64,000 nt of DNA, taken from contig NC_081332.1 in the NCBI RefSeq assembly GCF_022539665.2, positions 6,448,001 through 6,512,000 of the forward strand, read 5' to 3'. How positions within the stretch are numbered: position 1 is the first letter of the stretch; each line of letters opens with the position of its first letter. This DNA is from Daphnia carinata. Its lineage: Eukaryota. Positions 1 to 14,743 of the stretch are shown here, piece after piece. Under the pieces are notes generated by a model that worked only from the letters and a program-made list of their open reading frames with translations, had not been told where the DNA came from and ran no database searches. Made by a program: the position numbers and the translations under genes.

Positions 1-1593
1 TCCTGAATAAAGCTAAAACCTTTCAAGTGCCTGCAGCCATCAATAAGTTTCATTTAAAGACCCATTTGATCCCATGACTGCAGTAATTGGCTCAATAGGT
101 CCCTTCCTGTTGAAAGGAATCACACAGGAAAGCCCAGCAGTTGAAAGATAAATAAAAAGATCCAGTCTTGGATAGAATATTTGGAATAAGAGAACTGATC
201 TTCAACTATGTCTAGTTTCCTGTCCACATACCTAATAAGGCCTCACCAGCTGCAACATCTTCATCTTCAGCCTCTTCAACTCTCATCTCAGCACCTAGGA
301 TAATCGACACGGTGCCTAAATTCAGCCCGTTTGGGACAACAAGCAGTTTTTCTTATAATAGTAGGCGGTGGAAAACAGATTCAAGTGAGGCACAAACGAA
401 TAAAGAAGCACACAAGCTCATCACTCATGGCAACAATAATGCTGTGATGAGGATCGAAACACACACAAAGTAGACGAACTCCTTTTAAAAGGCTTTTAAT
501 GAATACAACGAAACATTCCAAATGATGAAGACTCACTGAAATCCCTTTCGGACGTAATATTTACAATTTTTTTATGAGCGGAAAAAGTAAAGAAAACGAC
601 ATCGAGTTGAAGAACGACACCTGCTTTTCAGGCTGAAGGCTTTCAGTCCTCAACCAAAACGCTGAGCACAGCAGTGACACCTATGAGTCACAAATAGAAC
701 CAAAGAAGAAAAAAAACGCCAAGAAGGAAATGCAGAATCCAGCATTACATGGTACACTGACAATCGCTTTACAAACATTAGAGAAAAATAAAATAGAAAA
801 TAAAATAGAAAATAAAACAATGAAAAAATAATAACAAGTAAAAATATATATATATATGTACATAGAGGCTTGTAGTCGCTTTTAGTACATAGCTAGGGCT
901 CAAAGTTTTTAATATATGCACAAATTCAAAACACTTACATTTTCCCGTTTTACACAGTTCGGTTCTTACCCGCGTATTTCCTGAAAGGTGAAAGCTTCCT
1001 AATCAACAGGTTTCAGTGTTAGCCGCTTTAAAGGCAGGCACACGTAAAGCAATGCACGTCCTTGCCTTTTGTAGAACACCGTTAGACACGCAGAGCTTCA
1101 GCAGCAAGTAGGGAAATAGAATAAATATGGATCACGGTTACTGCCATGACGAATAAGTCTGAACTTGCGCAGATGTTATCAAATGACCAGAACATATAGA
1201 TATTATGTAAATAAAAGCTGTTTTTGAGAGAAAAGTGCCCTGTTGATGTCGAGTGACACGAAGCCTATGTCACATGTAGTATCATTTGTGTTCAACATCA
1301 CGAAAATCAATATCAGTCAGGTTACAGCAAAGCCTGTGCGGCGCGTGCCTGTGATATCTCCCTAGAATCCCATCAAAGCATTATGCTAGTACTATCCCAC
1401 GCATTATGCCATCACAAAACTTTACCAAACTCCGTTTATTGAACCAAGTGATTAAACATGAATTAGCAAATTGTAAGCTATAAGGCGATATTGATTGATG
1501 CCCTTATGGCAATGGCCGGTTGCACGTACTACTTACTACTGGACTGCAATTGATAGAAACGGGTAGAAACCACGGGATGAAGGATGAAAGCTC

Positions 1594-4500
1594 TTAATAT
1601 TCGATAGTCACACATTTCGTCTTTAGATATTCGTTCAAGGCTTCCTCACCTGTGCCAGAAAGAGAGGGAAAACCAAAAGCGCATTATCAGCATATACTGA
1701 CTTTAGTAATACTTGTTTGCATCGTAATACCCAAGTCTTTTCCAAATCCAGATTGTTTGAAACCGCCGAATGGGGCTGCCACGTCTGTTTTGTTGTAAGT
1801 ATTGACGAACACGGTACCTGCCTGCAGCTTTTCCGTGACGTACAGGGCTTTACTTAGATCTCGAGTGATTACTCCGGAAGCTAAGCCATACTCGGAAGCA
1901 TTGGCGCGACGCAAAACACCATCCACGTCGCTATGAAAAATCAAAAAAAAAATCAAGTACTATGCAACTAAAACTGCTATTCGGCAAAAAAAAAATGAGT
2001 ACCCGCTCTCGAATGGAGAGATGATCATTACAGGTCCAAATGATTCCTCTTTGGCAACGTACATATGATCTTGCACGTCAGTGAAAACAGTTGGGAGAAA
2101 GAAAAAACCCGGTCGATCTGCGCGTTTGCCTCCAGTGACTAATGTCGCTCCTTCTTTCACACCGATATCGCAATACTCGATCAATTTGTCCAAATGCGCT
2201 TTGTGATTCTGCGGGCCATGTTGCGTTCCACGATCCAATGGATCACCGATAGACTGTCATGAAGCAAGGAGTCATATGAGATCGTACTTGTTTCGTTGAA
2301 TTTGTTATATCAGTTGGCTACAGACCATTTTGCCTATCTCAATCAGAACTCGTTTAACAAACTCATCATGGATGGGCTTTTCGACAAACAAGCGGCCTGC
2401 TGCAATACAATTTTCACCTTTGTTGAAAAATACGCTGCTCATGCCCTAAAAAAAAACATTACGAATATTTTCAACATTTTCTTCTTTTGTTTCTGTGTAA
2501 GCCAACTTTACCAAACGAACAGCTCGATCGATGTCACAATCGGAGAAAATGATGAACGGGGATTTGCCACCCAATTCTAACGAAGTCTTTTTTAAATTGG
2601 AATCGGCACAGGCTCGCATCACAATTTTGCCCGTTTCCGTGCTTCCCGTGAAACCCAGTTTACGCACAACTGGATGTTCAGCAAGCGCTTGTCCGATAAT
2701 ACTTCCTGAAGACAAAAACGAATTCAATCTACGAGTTAATAATATTGCTAAATAGTGTGATTCACCTTTCCCTGTAACAATGTTGATAACACCGGGAGGG
2801 ATTCCAGCTCTTACAGACAATTCGGCAAACTTTAAAGCTGTTAGAGGACAAACTTCGGCCGGCTTATGGACGACTGTATTTCCAGCTGCCAAGCATGCTG
2901 CCATTTTCCAAGATAACATCATTAGGGGGTAGCTAAAAGTAGTAGAGCTTATTATTACTGTTATCATAATGCGGTTCAGTTTTACTCACTTCCAAGGCGT
3001 GACCAAACCACAAACACTAAAAATGAAATAAGGAAAGAACTTTGTAAGTGACAATCGTCTTTAACTTGTACGATCAAAAGAAACAAACCCGACAGGCTCT
3101 CGTCTGGTGAACGTAAAATTCTTGTTAGGACGCGCGTTGTTTACTGGGATAGTAGAACCATGAATTTTATCGCACCAACCTAACATTTTTGAATTATTAT
3201 ATGCACATTTTTTTTTCTTCTTAATACAAATAAATGTATATTTAGTTAATTACCTGCGAAGTAGCGCCATGTATCGATGGACATACCGACATGGGTTTTT
3301 AAAGCTAACGTGTACACGGCTCCCGAATCAATTGATTCAATTGTGGCAAGTTCTTCTTTGTGCTCTTCCATCAGGTCGGCCAATCTAGAATCATTTTTCT
3401 TTCATCAGCTTTCTGTAAAGGTAATTCTCAATCAATATATTTACTTAAAAAGAAGACGCCCACGATCCCTGGCGTTCATTTTTCCCCATTCGCCCTCTTC
3501 GAATGCTAGACGAGCAGCTTCGACAGCTTGCTGGACATCTTCGATACCACCACTAGATACCTGAAAGGTGTCACAAACATCAGCTCATAGCTACGTTAAT
3601 GAGCATAAGAATAGAGAAATTTCCTACTTGGCAAATGACGGACTCGTCCGTCGGATTAATGATCGCAGTTGTTTTTCCGCTAGCGGCATCCATGAATTTC
3701 CCGTTAATAAATTGCTGATGAGGAAATCGAATTTCCCTATTATTAACTGTCATGACAATCGCATCGTATTCGACTTTCCCCGAACCATCGGATCCATCTC
3801 CTCGGAGTTTGGAGATAACACACTGGATAAGCTCGTTAAATTTCGTGGCCATAAAAACATCTTCATTTTGCAAAGTGACACCAATTTTATCCTTCAGCTC
3901 TTCGACTAGACGTACGACATCCATGGAACCGGCTCCAGCACCGAAGAAGTCGGTATCATCGCTCACGTCAGCGCTTAAAATGCTTTTCCACACTTGGCGG
4001 ATAATCTCCTGTTTGGCTTTTTCATCTTCTGTCAGCTCCACAGCCGCTGAAGAGGAACTTTCAGCTTGGCGGCCATAATTGGCGGCCTTCATCACTTTTC
4101 CTTCCGCACTTATACGTTGCACGTTTACCTAAATGTCGAATGAAAACAAGTTCTAGGTTACAATTCATTTTCAATATTCTTATCTGTATTTACCCATTTG
4201 CCGTCTTGGCCTGGTATAAGAAATCCATTCTCCCATTGTATGCCAGGTTTATCGTTTCCTTGAAAATAAACTGCTTTCCCAGTGGGTACTGAAGGTTCTT
4301 TAAACAGTTGGGATCCGTAAAGACGAATCTCGTGCCAGACCGTCGATTCTGTTGGTTCCTCCAAAGAGACGCAAGTCCAAGCACCTGGTGAACTGTCCAA
4401 ACCACGGATAAAATTGTGCAACTGTTGACCACTTAGCCGCCATTGCACCTGCAAGCCAGAATGTAATCGTCAGAAAAGAATGTTAACTTTCTTCATTTTG

Positions 4501-6757
4501 ATATACGCAGGTGAGCTGCTTACCTGTTGAAGATCTTTCTTGTTAAGCGCAGGGTCATACGTCGCCCCTTCGACAGGCTGCTGAAGTACTGGCGCCGTAC
4601 CCAACGCGATCAATTCAACGGCATCAACCTGTTTGATTGATATACGTAAGTAAATTACTAGTTAATACCATAAAATTCGTTTTGCTTTTCCAATTGTTGC
4701 AAGAAATTCTCTGAGGTCAAATTTAGCCTTCTGGTTATCGATTTTGTATAGTAAGAAAGAAAACTCCACAATATCCGTTTGACATTTCAGGGGAAACGCA
4801 TTCGTTAAGAACTCTATTAATTCTTTCTTAGTAGTCTTTGTAGTCTGTCATGCACAGAATGGAGAAGTTTCCTGGTCATTACGGAGAAGTTACTTTCCAA
4901 TCGTGCACTGCAGAGTGTACTGTATGACCAACAACGAGGGGATGACTTTTTTTTTACGGAAAAATATAATGGAACTTATAATCCTTTGCCAAAAATAAAA
5001 AGATAAGTAAACAACCGAAAAAGAAAAAGAACTAAAGAACTAAAAAATAGATAAAATTAGAACAAACGTCTTTGAGGTCATTGTTCTGAGTTTAAGTTCA
5101 ACAACCTATCACCAAGGAAGTTTCAATTTTACCGTAGCTTTGATTCCTTCCGGATACATGAATCTCTTGTATAACGAATCCAAGGTATCGTCCTCGAGGA
5201 CATCGCATTCCCTTTGAAGCAAAACTGGTCCCGTATCAAGTCCCTTTAAAGGAACGAAATAAAAACAAAGCAATTATTGTTGTTTCTTCCGACCAACTGA
5301 TTTAAAGGATTTTACATCATCAGCCCAGAAAATAGACAGCCCTGCTTTGGCATCTCCCTCAATCAGGGTCCTGTAAAAATAAACATTTTGTAAAAATATC
5401 AAACAGTAAAAGTTAAATAAATAATAAACAGATGAGTGAAGGGACATGGCTCACCAAGCAATTGCGTTAGCACCGCGATGACGCGGAAGGATGGAAGGGT
5501 GATAAACGATACTCTTGAGTTGCGGAAAGTCAATTACTTCCATCGGAATGAATTGTGAGCAAAATGGAAGAACATTCAGATTGGCCCCGACCGATTTGTA
5601 TTGTTCCAGCACCTCTGGAATGATTTGGCCTTTTTGTCTCCAAGCCTTGAACTTGAAAGTAGGCACAGCATCTTGACTAGCAATCGTCGCTGCAAAAATC
5701 CAATATTTGTGAAAAATTAGTTAAAATTTCATACTGCTAGATAAACCATGCATAGGGTAGCAAAAGCATAATGCATTTTAGAACCCCAGAAAAAAGCTAA
5801 AAATATAAACCTCCCCGACGGGGAATTGAACCCCGGTCTCCCGCGTGACAGGCGGGGATACTGACCACTATACTATCGAGGACTTACAATATAGTTCTGA
5901 GACAATCAACAAGAAGTACTAAATAAAGAAACAGATACACAATTTTTGTTTGAATAACAACAGTTTGAATCATTATTCTTTTTTTTTTTCAAATAGAGAA
6001 AATCCTATTATGTGTTTTCATCACTGCATCTGTCCCTACTTTAAGATAACGTATCGAAACAGTTACGTATATTACCCAGAGGATCCTCTTTGCTTCCCTG
6101 ATCAGGGATGGTGAAAACGCCGACTATGTGATGTCCATTACTTTTGATTGCTTTGTAAACTTCGACAGCGAAGAGACTCTGGCCGATGATGGCAACACGT
6201 AAGGTTTCTTTTCCCTAAGAGGTAAAAGAACAGGAAGGGAACAGCAAGCGTTAAAAAAAGAACAGTGCAAGTTCATACCGGTATATACTAGATATTCCTG
6301 GTTTGGAGTTTCATCCCTTCAGGCTTTACCCTCGTTTTCCCCCTCAAGAATATGGCTGAACCCTCTAGCCGAAGCTAAAAACTCTCAAACCGGACCAGTG
6401 CCGGACGACTTATTTTTTTTTTTTTGTAACCGATAAAACATTCCCGTAGATAATGGAAGGTAAAATATTATTAGTCTCTCATTCAAAAAAATATTTAAGT
6501 ATATTGAATGTGTGCGAAGAATTCCGCATCCAATGAAAACGCGATAGAGATGATTCAACGCCCCATTGGAAATGATTCACCTAACTCCCCGATATAGATT
6601 AGCATTAACTATACAAGCAAGTGGTTAAATAGCTACGTGTTTGGCCGGCAGTAGATCCGTTCCTCTGCTACTGCGCAATTGGCTAGTTTTCAATTTCCCT
6701 AGTAACAGGAATACTTAGCACGAAAAGTTATGTACTTACAGGTTTGTTGTCGCTCAT
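1594..6757 (-). CDS. ALDH1L1: 10-formyltetrahydrofolate dehydrogenase (formyltransferase + ACP + ALDH domains), multi-exon
   Basis: Spliced N-terminus [26 protein letters not shown]. Contains [10 protein letters not shown] (formyltransferase), [11 protein letters not shown] (phosphopantetheine Ser), [21 protein letters not shown] and [15 protein letters not shown]. Ends [18 protein letters not shown] (stop 1594-1596). No mitochondrial presequence is visible, so it is named after the cytosolic form; the L1/L2 assignment is uncertain. Confidence 0.95.
5811..5882 (-). tRNA. tRNA-Asp(GTC), inside an intron of ALDH1L
   Basis: The reverse complement reads TCCTCGATAGTATAGTGGTCAGTATCCCCGCCTGTCACGCGGGAGACCGGGGTTCAATTCCCCGTCGGGGAG (72 nt). 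It forms a cloverleaf with GTC anticodon and A/B boxes, followed by a TTTTT terminator about 10 nt downstream. Confidence 0.97.
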
Positions 6758-9700
6758 GGTAGAAACGTGACAGCTATTGGTTTCTTTAGTTGAGAAAACG
6801 TAGAGTAAAATGATTAGAATTTACGTGAGTTTTTCTCCAGGAGGCTTGGCAGAAACCGATGAACCGCTTCACGATATCTGTGCTATCTCTATAGGTCCCG
6901 GGTACACGGGTGCAGGCACATGTCAAGTCAGGAAAAAAAAAGAAAAGAAAAACGCTTTTACAATAACACGCTTTTCGCCATCTAACGGTAGCAGAAAAAG
7001 CTGTTACATTTTTTTCCCAATTTTAGTCAACGAAAAGTTGCATTAGTTTCACAAACGTACTGACATGAAAAATTTATCAGTTGTGATTTTACGGAAATGC
7101 ACAGATGGTCGCGGCGTTATTTTTTAAATAAGAAGTTTTCCTCAACCAGGATGGGGGATGAATTTAACCACGTGCGCAGCATATTATTTGTTGTCAGAAA
7201 ACGCGGAAAGTCAGCAACGTCAAACACGTTTTTTGACCATTGTTTAAAAACGAAAACAGGTTCTGACGAGCCTTTTTCCCCCCAAACTCCTCTAAGGACC
7301 TACATAACTTGAAAAAAATATATTATAATAGACTCCAGAAGCCCACATATGGAACCTGACGTCTAATGGCTTGGAGTAGGTTAGTTCGATGTCGGGGATT
7401 CCTCAAGCTGTAAAGTCCATAACCCTAAAATAGGTCAGACATTCAGTAAGCCTCAGCTTTTTAGGTAAAAAGAAACATATTTGGAATCAAAACTAAAACC
7501 GAAAGAAAAATCGCATATGTAAACAAAGAGCGAAAGCCTGAGGCACCTCTGCCTGAAGATTCACTATAAACTCTGCATGAGGTAGCTGTCTTCGTTACCT
7601 ACATATAACTCCACCTGAAACGAGGAGAACTACCTGAATTAGCATTGCATGTAAGGGTCTCCCTAGTCCCCACAGGCAAGGGCATACGTAGGACTAAACC
7701 AAAACTTTGCGTTAAAAATTTTGTAGGTCAACTATCAAAGAAAATCGCGTTTCTCGGCTACTAATTTTGATTTATAAATTTCAGACAACGTATTTCATGT
7801 CTCCAATGTGAAATTTTTAACGTAATCAGTTTCTTGTAGAATGTGGAGCTAAGTGGCTTTGGGTTTTCGTAAAATCAGGCTGAACGTTGCCCGGAAGTTG
7901 CTTTCTGTTTATACCCATTGAAAATGCGTCCTCACGTTAAACCAATGACCGCTGTTTGAATATTCTGTTACACGAAATGTCTATGAAGCTCCATGGTTGT
8001 TTTTGTACAATAAATTTAATGCTTCGTGATAAACGGCCCAAGCTACAAAAATGATGTACTGAAACGCAATTTCACAGGCACATGGCGAAAAAAGGGAAAA
8101 CGAAAAAGTAAAAATAGGCAATCACATTTTTTGCGTAACAAAAAGAATCAAGAAAGATCTCAAGGGCGTTACATCCTTTTCGGGAGGCGAATTGAAGAAA
8201 AAAAAATTATGATCGCTAAAGTTCGCACGTGAATTGTAGACAAGGCCACGCAGGTTACGCATAAATTCTCAGATAATCGTATACAAACATGTAATTTGCA
8301 TTATTAGTTTAAATATGACGAAAAAGATTGTCTGTTTTGTAAAAATGGAATTAAACTGCTTGTGAACGAAATAGTCTCATATCAGATAAGACTGTAATTA
8401 CCAGACTATATTACCCCCCATTCAGTTGCAAAAGATTAAGTATTCCACTTTCTTTTTTTCGCAAATACACAAAGAAAAACTTTCGTGTCCTGGAGAGAAA
8501 AAAAAAAGCTGTAATGCGACATAACTCTCAGATGTTTGACGTAACTGCAACGCTTTTCCTGCGCCATATGTGCGGAGCAACAACCCCAAAAAGGGGCGGT
8601 TAACCATTTGAAAATCTTCTCTTTATTTCTGCAACAAACTACTCCTTTCCATGTCTGCCAACACTTGCCCTTGCCCTTGGAAAATTACTTGAATAATATT
8701 GCCGTGCAAATGTAAGATGAAAAGCAATCGTTCAATCAAGCAAATGAAATACTATGCTTTCTGAATCTAGAAATTTTGCGATTACACTATCAGAGAGAGA
8801 AAATTTACTGAAAATGAACACGTCATAGTCTACCACGATTTCGGTACTGAAGCCACGAACAAATTTAGAACGATGCTGAAATCGTATAAGAACATAGCTG
8901 GCGCGACTGTTCACGTATCGATTTCTCTAAGCCCCAAGAAAGCATTTTGAAATTGTATCATCACGATTTATTTTTAATATCTCTTTTTTAACGTAACTGC
9001 GCTAGATTATTTCTCTTTCCCCACAAATAGGCTTTCGCACTGCATATTTAGTCAAGTGGATTCCCTTAAGGTAAATATTCACAATTGCTGCTGTTGACGT
9101 GTGACATTTCGATGCCCACATTCAGACACACTGACGAAGCTTTTTTCGCCATCCGGGTCTGATGTTACAGCATACCTGGCTTACGTGTGGATTGAAATGT
9201 ATGGCTTCCCTGATCTGGCAGAGCATTGAATACATAATTGTGTGTTCGCATTAAAAATTATACTAACGTTAAATTCCATTTGGGCAATGAATATCAACTG
9301 CATATTTAAGAACGCCAAACATGTAGAATTTTTTGGCTCTTCATTGAATGTTTGCCATGCCAACACGTTTAAAAGTTCGTATAAAATAACTGAAATGACA
9401 TTAGCTTCCACTGCAATTCAAAGATCTCCTTCGTTTCTCCTGCAAGTGCCATCGGCACGTCGCATAAAAGGGAATCGAATTCACGTCCATCAGTTTCTTG
9501 TCGCTAATGGTGGAAATTCTGGTTTGCTTCACAATTATATTGTCACGAACACGTTTCCTGGCAATCGGTTTACAATAGAAATTCGGCCATCCTACAATAC
9601 CTCATGTTTGCGATTGCTTACTATGGAAATTATACAACTGTCCCTATGATATCCGCACAACGTTATAGGCTAATGATGGCCCTAAAAATTTATTTATTGA

Positions 9701-11304
9701 TTGCATTCGCCGAGAAAGCAGCATCTCGATTCTTCATCATTAATGCCCTAATTTGACACAAGGAGAAAAGGACACGACAACGGTTGTTAAGTAAAAACCA
9801 GTGAATTTCTTTTTTCATTTCAAAGATAGTTGTCACAACATTAAAGGGCGTTGTTGTGCTAACAAGAAAGTGGCCCATCCATGGATCGAATCATTTCTTA
9901 GACCTTTCTTGAAATTCGGAGAAATCTTTTCCATTTGTCTTTCTGGACTGTTCTGCCCGCTCTAAGGGTTAGTAACCCTCTATCTGTGATATAGATTTTC
10001 ATCAAAAATGAGAATGTCAACCGCAGGGTCTTACAGGAACACCGCAGGGTGTAGAAAAGGATGGCAGACTTTACAATGCTACAGTTTTCCCCCAAATTTT
10101 TCTCCTATCCCATGGGCATGCAACTTACCTGATCTTCAGATGGTATGACTCTGATCGTTCTACGGATATAATCCGTAATCAGCACTTGGTGACCTCTTGA
10201 CATTGATTTTGTAACGTCCACGAGTTTTTAATTGGTTGGTATATTTCTAAGCCTTAATTTCACACATGGGAAAAGTGTATGACGTTCAGAAGCACAAATG
10301 GAATTATGAAGTATTCTTGATCATTACAAACTGTCTAAAAAATTTTGCAACACTTTTCGAAAGAAGAGCTTAATATACGACGAATCTCCAAAAATTGGGC
10401 ATGTCACAATTGTGCATTTACGCATCTAATTTTGACATACCAACGAGGCCAACGACTTGGGAATGTGCAACGACGTCGTAAACGTTTCCACTATTAGCTT
10501 CTCGCCTCTGAAAACATGGAAAACTGGATGCATTTGTGGACATGAAAATATATTTTATCCTAATAACGATTCACGACCAATCCCTCATAATAGACAATCG
10601 GGTTTCTCGAGCTGTTTTTACCGACACCATAAAACCGTCTGCACGAGCAGCCGTGCGAAACTACTCGCCTACAGGCAACCATCTTTTTCGTTACTTTCTT
10701 CTTTATTTTTATTTTTTTGTCTGCTTATTTCGAAAGGATTTCCTAAACAAAAAAAAATTGCCTTGTCCATGTCAACGACCGATTTCCGTTCTTTCTTAAA
10801 ACAGAAAACGTTTGACGAATGCTGCCAGCAGGTTTTCTGGCATTATCTATTAGCTGGTGTTAATTCTCGTTTGTAGTGCACGTCGCTTTTATCTGATGGC
10901 AGGTACCACATCGTATCGTGTTCATTTTGTTTTTTAGGTATACTGTCCATAGGACTGCAAGCCGTGCCCCTCCAATTGTGGGCGTGCTCTTTCTCTACTC
11001 TTTTTTTAGTCTTGTTGCTTGGTATACTTTTATATGCTATAATGCAGCCTGTTGTTGTGCTCTCCGGTTCAGTCAAAAATTGACAATGATGGCTTCTTAG
11101 CTTGAATTGACTCAATTTAAAGTTGGTTGTGTGTTAAACCTGTGGATGTACACTAAAATTACTCATCTAAATTCAAATGCAAATTTAAAAAAATTGCTGT
11201 GCTCCACATTCGTCGTTTGACAGTTGTAATCCCAACGCTTTGACGTTTTCACCACTTCGTTATACCGTCTGATATTACGACTGTGAAAACCAAACCAAAA
11301 GAAA

Positions 11305-13949
11305 ATGAGTGCTTTGGAAGTGATTGGTTTCGTTTTTTGTCTTTATTTACTGTGGAGCATCGTCAGTGCCTTGTTTAACTTACTCTACACGTGCTACCTG
11401 GGGAACGCGCTTGGCCGTTCCATCAAAGTAAAGAAGCTAGGCTCATGGGCTGGTGAGTTCATTGCCCCCGACCCTCACATTTCCTCTTTACTCATAGTTG
11501 CACACCTGTCTGTGGGTCACAACGGTAGTTTTCTGTTTCCTGTCGAAGTATACACTAAAAACAGCAAAAAAGTATCTTGGCATTCTTCCGTTACGTCCAG
11601 TAAAAGTGCCGTATTGCACTGAAGTTTCCTTTTCGCTGCAATTACGAAATGCAGAAGATTCAGGTCGCTGTCTGCTCCAACAGTGTTTCTCCGCAACCTC
11701 CTTACCTACATTTTTTTTCTGACCTATATTACACTAATAGTTACAAGATAATATCTTTGCCGTGGAGGAAGAAGAAGCTATCTCTTCACAGAACTATTTG
11801 CTTTGCTATAAAATGGTTCTTTAAATTAAATTTTTTTTCTTTTTTTTTTTTCTTTACCTCTAGTTGTCACTGGAGCCACAGATGGAATTGGTAGAGCATA
11901 CGCCGAGGAGGTAAAATAATCCGAATCATTGCAAGTTTCCAAAGTTAATCTTAAAAAATTTCGCATTTTTTTAGTTTGCTAGACAGGGTTTGAATATCGT
12001 GCTTATCAGTCGGTCCCTCTTTAAGCTTCAAAATGTTGCCCGTGAAATAGGTAAGTTCTGGATACCTTTCTCATCAGTTCTCCCTCTGTCTCTCCTCTCC
12101 ACCCCTTTGTACTATCCCTTTAAACAATACGAGGGGAAGAAAACGCTAGCAGCGAACAGACGGGGAGTCTCAAGTAGAGTGGAAAAGCAGGTCGTTTCAT
12201 CCCGGACTGAGAGGGCAATGACCCAGTCTATGGTTCTCCTCGGAAAAGAAGAATGAGGAAAAACTTTTGGCAGAAAAAAAAATGAAAAAATAAACTTTTA
12301 TTTCTTATAAATTTTTAATTGCATTTTGTGAGACATGGTCAACAATCTAACACAAATTGTTTCATAGTTTGTTACTATCTGACTATACGTTGGCTTCGTT
12401 CGTTCGTTTTTCTTGGTAGGCGTCTCTTAACTGGTTTTTGTTTGTCTTTATACAGAAACCCAGTACGGAGTCAAGACTCGAGTTATTGACGTTGACTTTA
12501 CCGGTGCCAGAGAAATCTATGACCGGATTGGCGCCCAGCTTCAAGACTTGGATATTGGCGTCTTGGTCAACAACGTGGGCATGTCTTACAATTACCCGGA
12601 ATTTCTCTGCTATCTGCCCGATGCAGGAGCTTTCTGTACCCGACTGATGCACTGCAACATACTATCAGTCACGGGCATGACGCTTCTCTTGCTACCCAAA
12701 ATGGCCGAAAAACGTAAAGGTCTCATCCTTAACGTCTCGTCCGCATCTGCCGTTCTGCCTTCACCACTCCTCTCCATGTACTCCAGCACCAAGGTAAAGG
12801 ATGTTTAGAAAGTATTACAGTTGGCTCTGCGCCAGTACCACCATAGTTAACCTATTGACCTTTATCAGCAAACCGCATTTCCCTATTTCGTATCAGGGAA
12901 ATGCTTTTTTGGTGAATAAGGATGTTGAATGAAATCAAGATAAGACTATTGTTGGGAACTGTCTATGGCTATTGAGAGCTATATTGCAAAGCCCTTATAA
13001 ACTATTTGATAGCTGTTTGCCCCTAGCTTCGAGTTATTACGTTCGACTTGATTATGGAATGTTAAAACTACTTTTTAAAATATTAGAAATGTGAAACGTT
13101 GGTGACGTAGGAAACCATCCGTATCGGCTTCCAAATGACTGTTCCGTACGTGCGATTTGGACATTAACATATCCGTAGACCTTGAATTATCCCTAGAGTT
13201 TTTCACATTTTCTGCCATATTGCCTTTGAAAATGAATGTTCTTTTTTTATTCAATGAAAACGTCAAGGACCAAGTTTTCCTGGTGAAACCTTGAAATGTT
13301 AAGCTTGTTTCAATATATCTTCAGGCAGAAAAAAACTAGCTTTACAAGACTTTGCGAACAGCTGCGTGTAGAAACCACACGCCGTGTAATCTTGCATTTG
13401 TGTTGCCTGGGGGTGTTCTAGATGAGTGGTCAGTTTTATTTTATACTTGTATGTTTTTGAAACTTCTTATAATACAGGCTTTTGTTGAGAAATTCAGCCG
13501 AGATTTGTCTTTGGAGACCCAGCATTTTGGCGTGACGATTCAATGCGTGCTTCCCAGCTTCGTCGCCACCAATATGAGCAAATTCAAGCCCAGTCTGACC
13601 GTACCCAGTCCTACCCAGTTTGTCCGTGGTCACATGAACACACTCGGTCTGGAAGTATCTTCTCCCGGATACTGGGTTCATAAAATTCAGGTATTCTAGT
13701 TGTGTTTTCTGAAGAAACCTTGGAGTCAATTTATTGAATCATTTGTTATTTGATTTGTATGTACAGATCGGATTTTACGATGTAGCGCTAAGGTTTTTCC
13801 GACCGGTCGTTGAACGCGTTGCTTGGTATGGTCTCTTTTCCATCCGCACGCGGGCTGTCAGACGCCAACAGAGACTCAAGATGGCGGAAGTAAATTCCGA
13901 TAAATTACGTAGCGGCACAAATGGTGTAGGAGTCCAGCCGGTGCATTAA
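11305..13949 (+). CDS. HSD17B12: Very-long-chain 3-oxoacyl-CoA reductase / 17-beta-HSD12-like SDR, 6 exons
   Basis: N-terminal hydrophobic anchor, WA|VVTGATDGIGRAYA (Rossmann motif), NIVLISRS, IGVLVNNVG and catalytic YSSTK. Exons at about 11305-11452, 11863-11910, 11974-12050, 12456-12793, 13478-13690 and 13767-13949, with GT-AG junctions. Confidence 0.88.
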
Positions 13950-14743
13950 AGGTTTTTTTTTTTTTTTCATTGGATGCTTCTTCATCAGAAAGAAACCTAT
14001 CAAAAGGACAATACCCTTCACGCTTTCTGCCGCTCATTGTTGTGTTATATGGCTATTTTGGTACCAGGCACATATAAATTGTTTTCTCCCCCCTCATCTG
14101 CTGTTTATTAATACATCTAGATGTCAGTATATCATCTTTTAAATGTTTCAATCATCGTGTATTTCTTGGCATATGAAAATTAAGGCTGCCTAAACGCACA
14201 AACTATAGTTATGATAATCGAAAATGATAATAGGAAGTGAATTGACGTAGAAGCTCACGTTTCAGTTGTTTTTTTTTGTACCTCTTAACTTACTAAGAGC
14301 ACGTAACACTTAAGACTGAGCAATTTGCACGTTTAGTGATCCATCTATTCTTAGGCATAGCTCTTTATAAGATAATTGAAATGAAGCTCGGTAGAGCGCT
14401 GTAAGAACGACAAAGTTTTCATGAAGATGAGACTACAACACGAGTCGTTCTGACCAAATTCGTATGAGGGATTTACCCAATGGTTGCCATGTCCCCTAAT
14501 AAACAAAACTTTCGATTGGGAACAATAACACAGAAGGAAGAGCGAAACAGAATTTAAGCAATTGAAATTTAACACGCGACTATTTTCGAATCCTCTGAGG
14601 GAATGTTTCCCCAAGAATGAAAACAATTGATAAAAATCTGCGAAGACCAGGAATCCGAAATAATTAGAATAACCTTCGTTAATTCGCATAGAGGAATGGA
14701 TTTAAAACGAAACAATGCGATTTAAAAACCCGGTCGAAAGTTG

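Noticed and set aside
1..475. Protein-like short frames on both strands at the window start
   Set aside because: Stops interrupt all frames and no domain is recognisable. It might be the end of a gene or a transposon remnant, but I cannot support a call.
1338..1365. GGCGCGTGCCTGT resembling the 7SL/Alu 5' domain
   Set aside because: Only about 13 nt match and no SRP S-domain follows. It probably lies in the ALDH1L 3' region by chance.
7577..7605. TGAGGTAG (let-7 5' end) in a small hairpin
   Set aside because: The rest does not match let-7 (TAGGTTGTATAGT), and the hairpin is far too short for a pre-miRNA.
7000..11200. Numerous 60-140 aa ORFs in the ALDH1L-HSD17B12 intergenic region
   Set aside because: Low-complexity F/L/K-rich translations typical of AT-rich noncoding DNA. 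No domains, terminal repeats or transposase/RT motifs.
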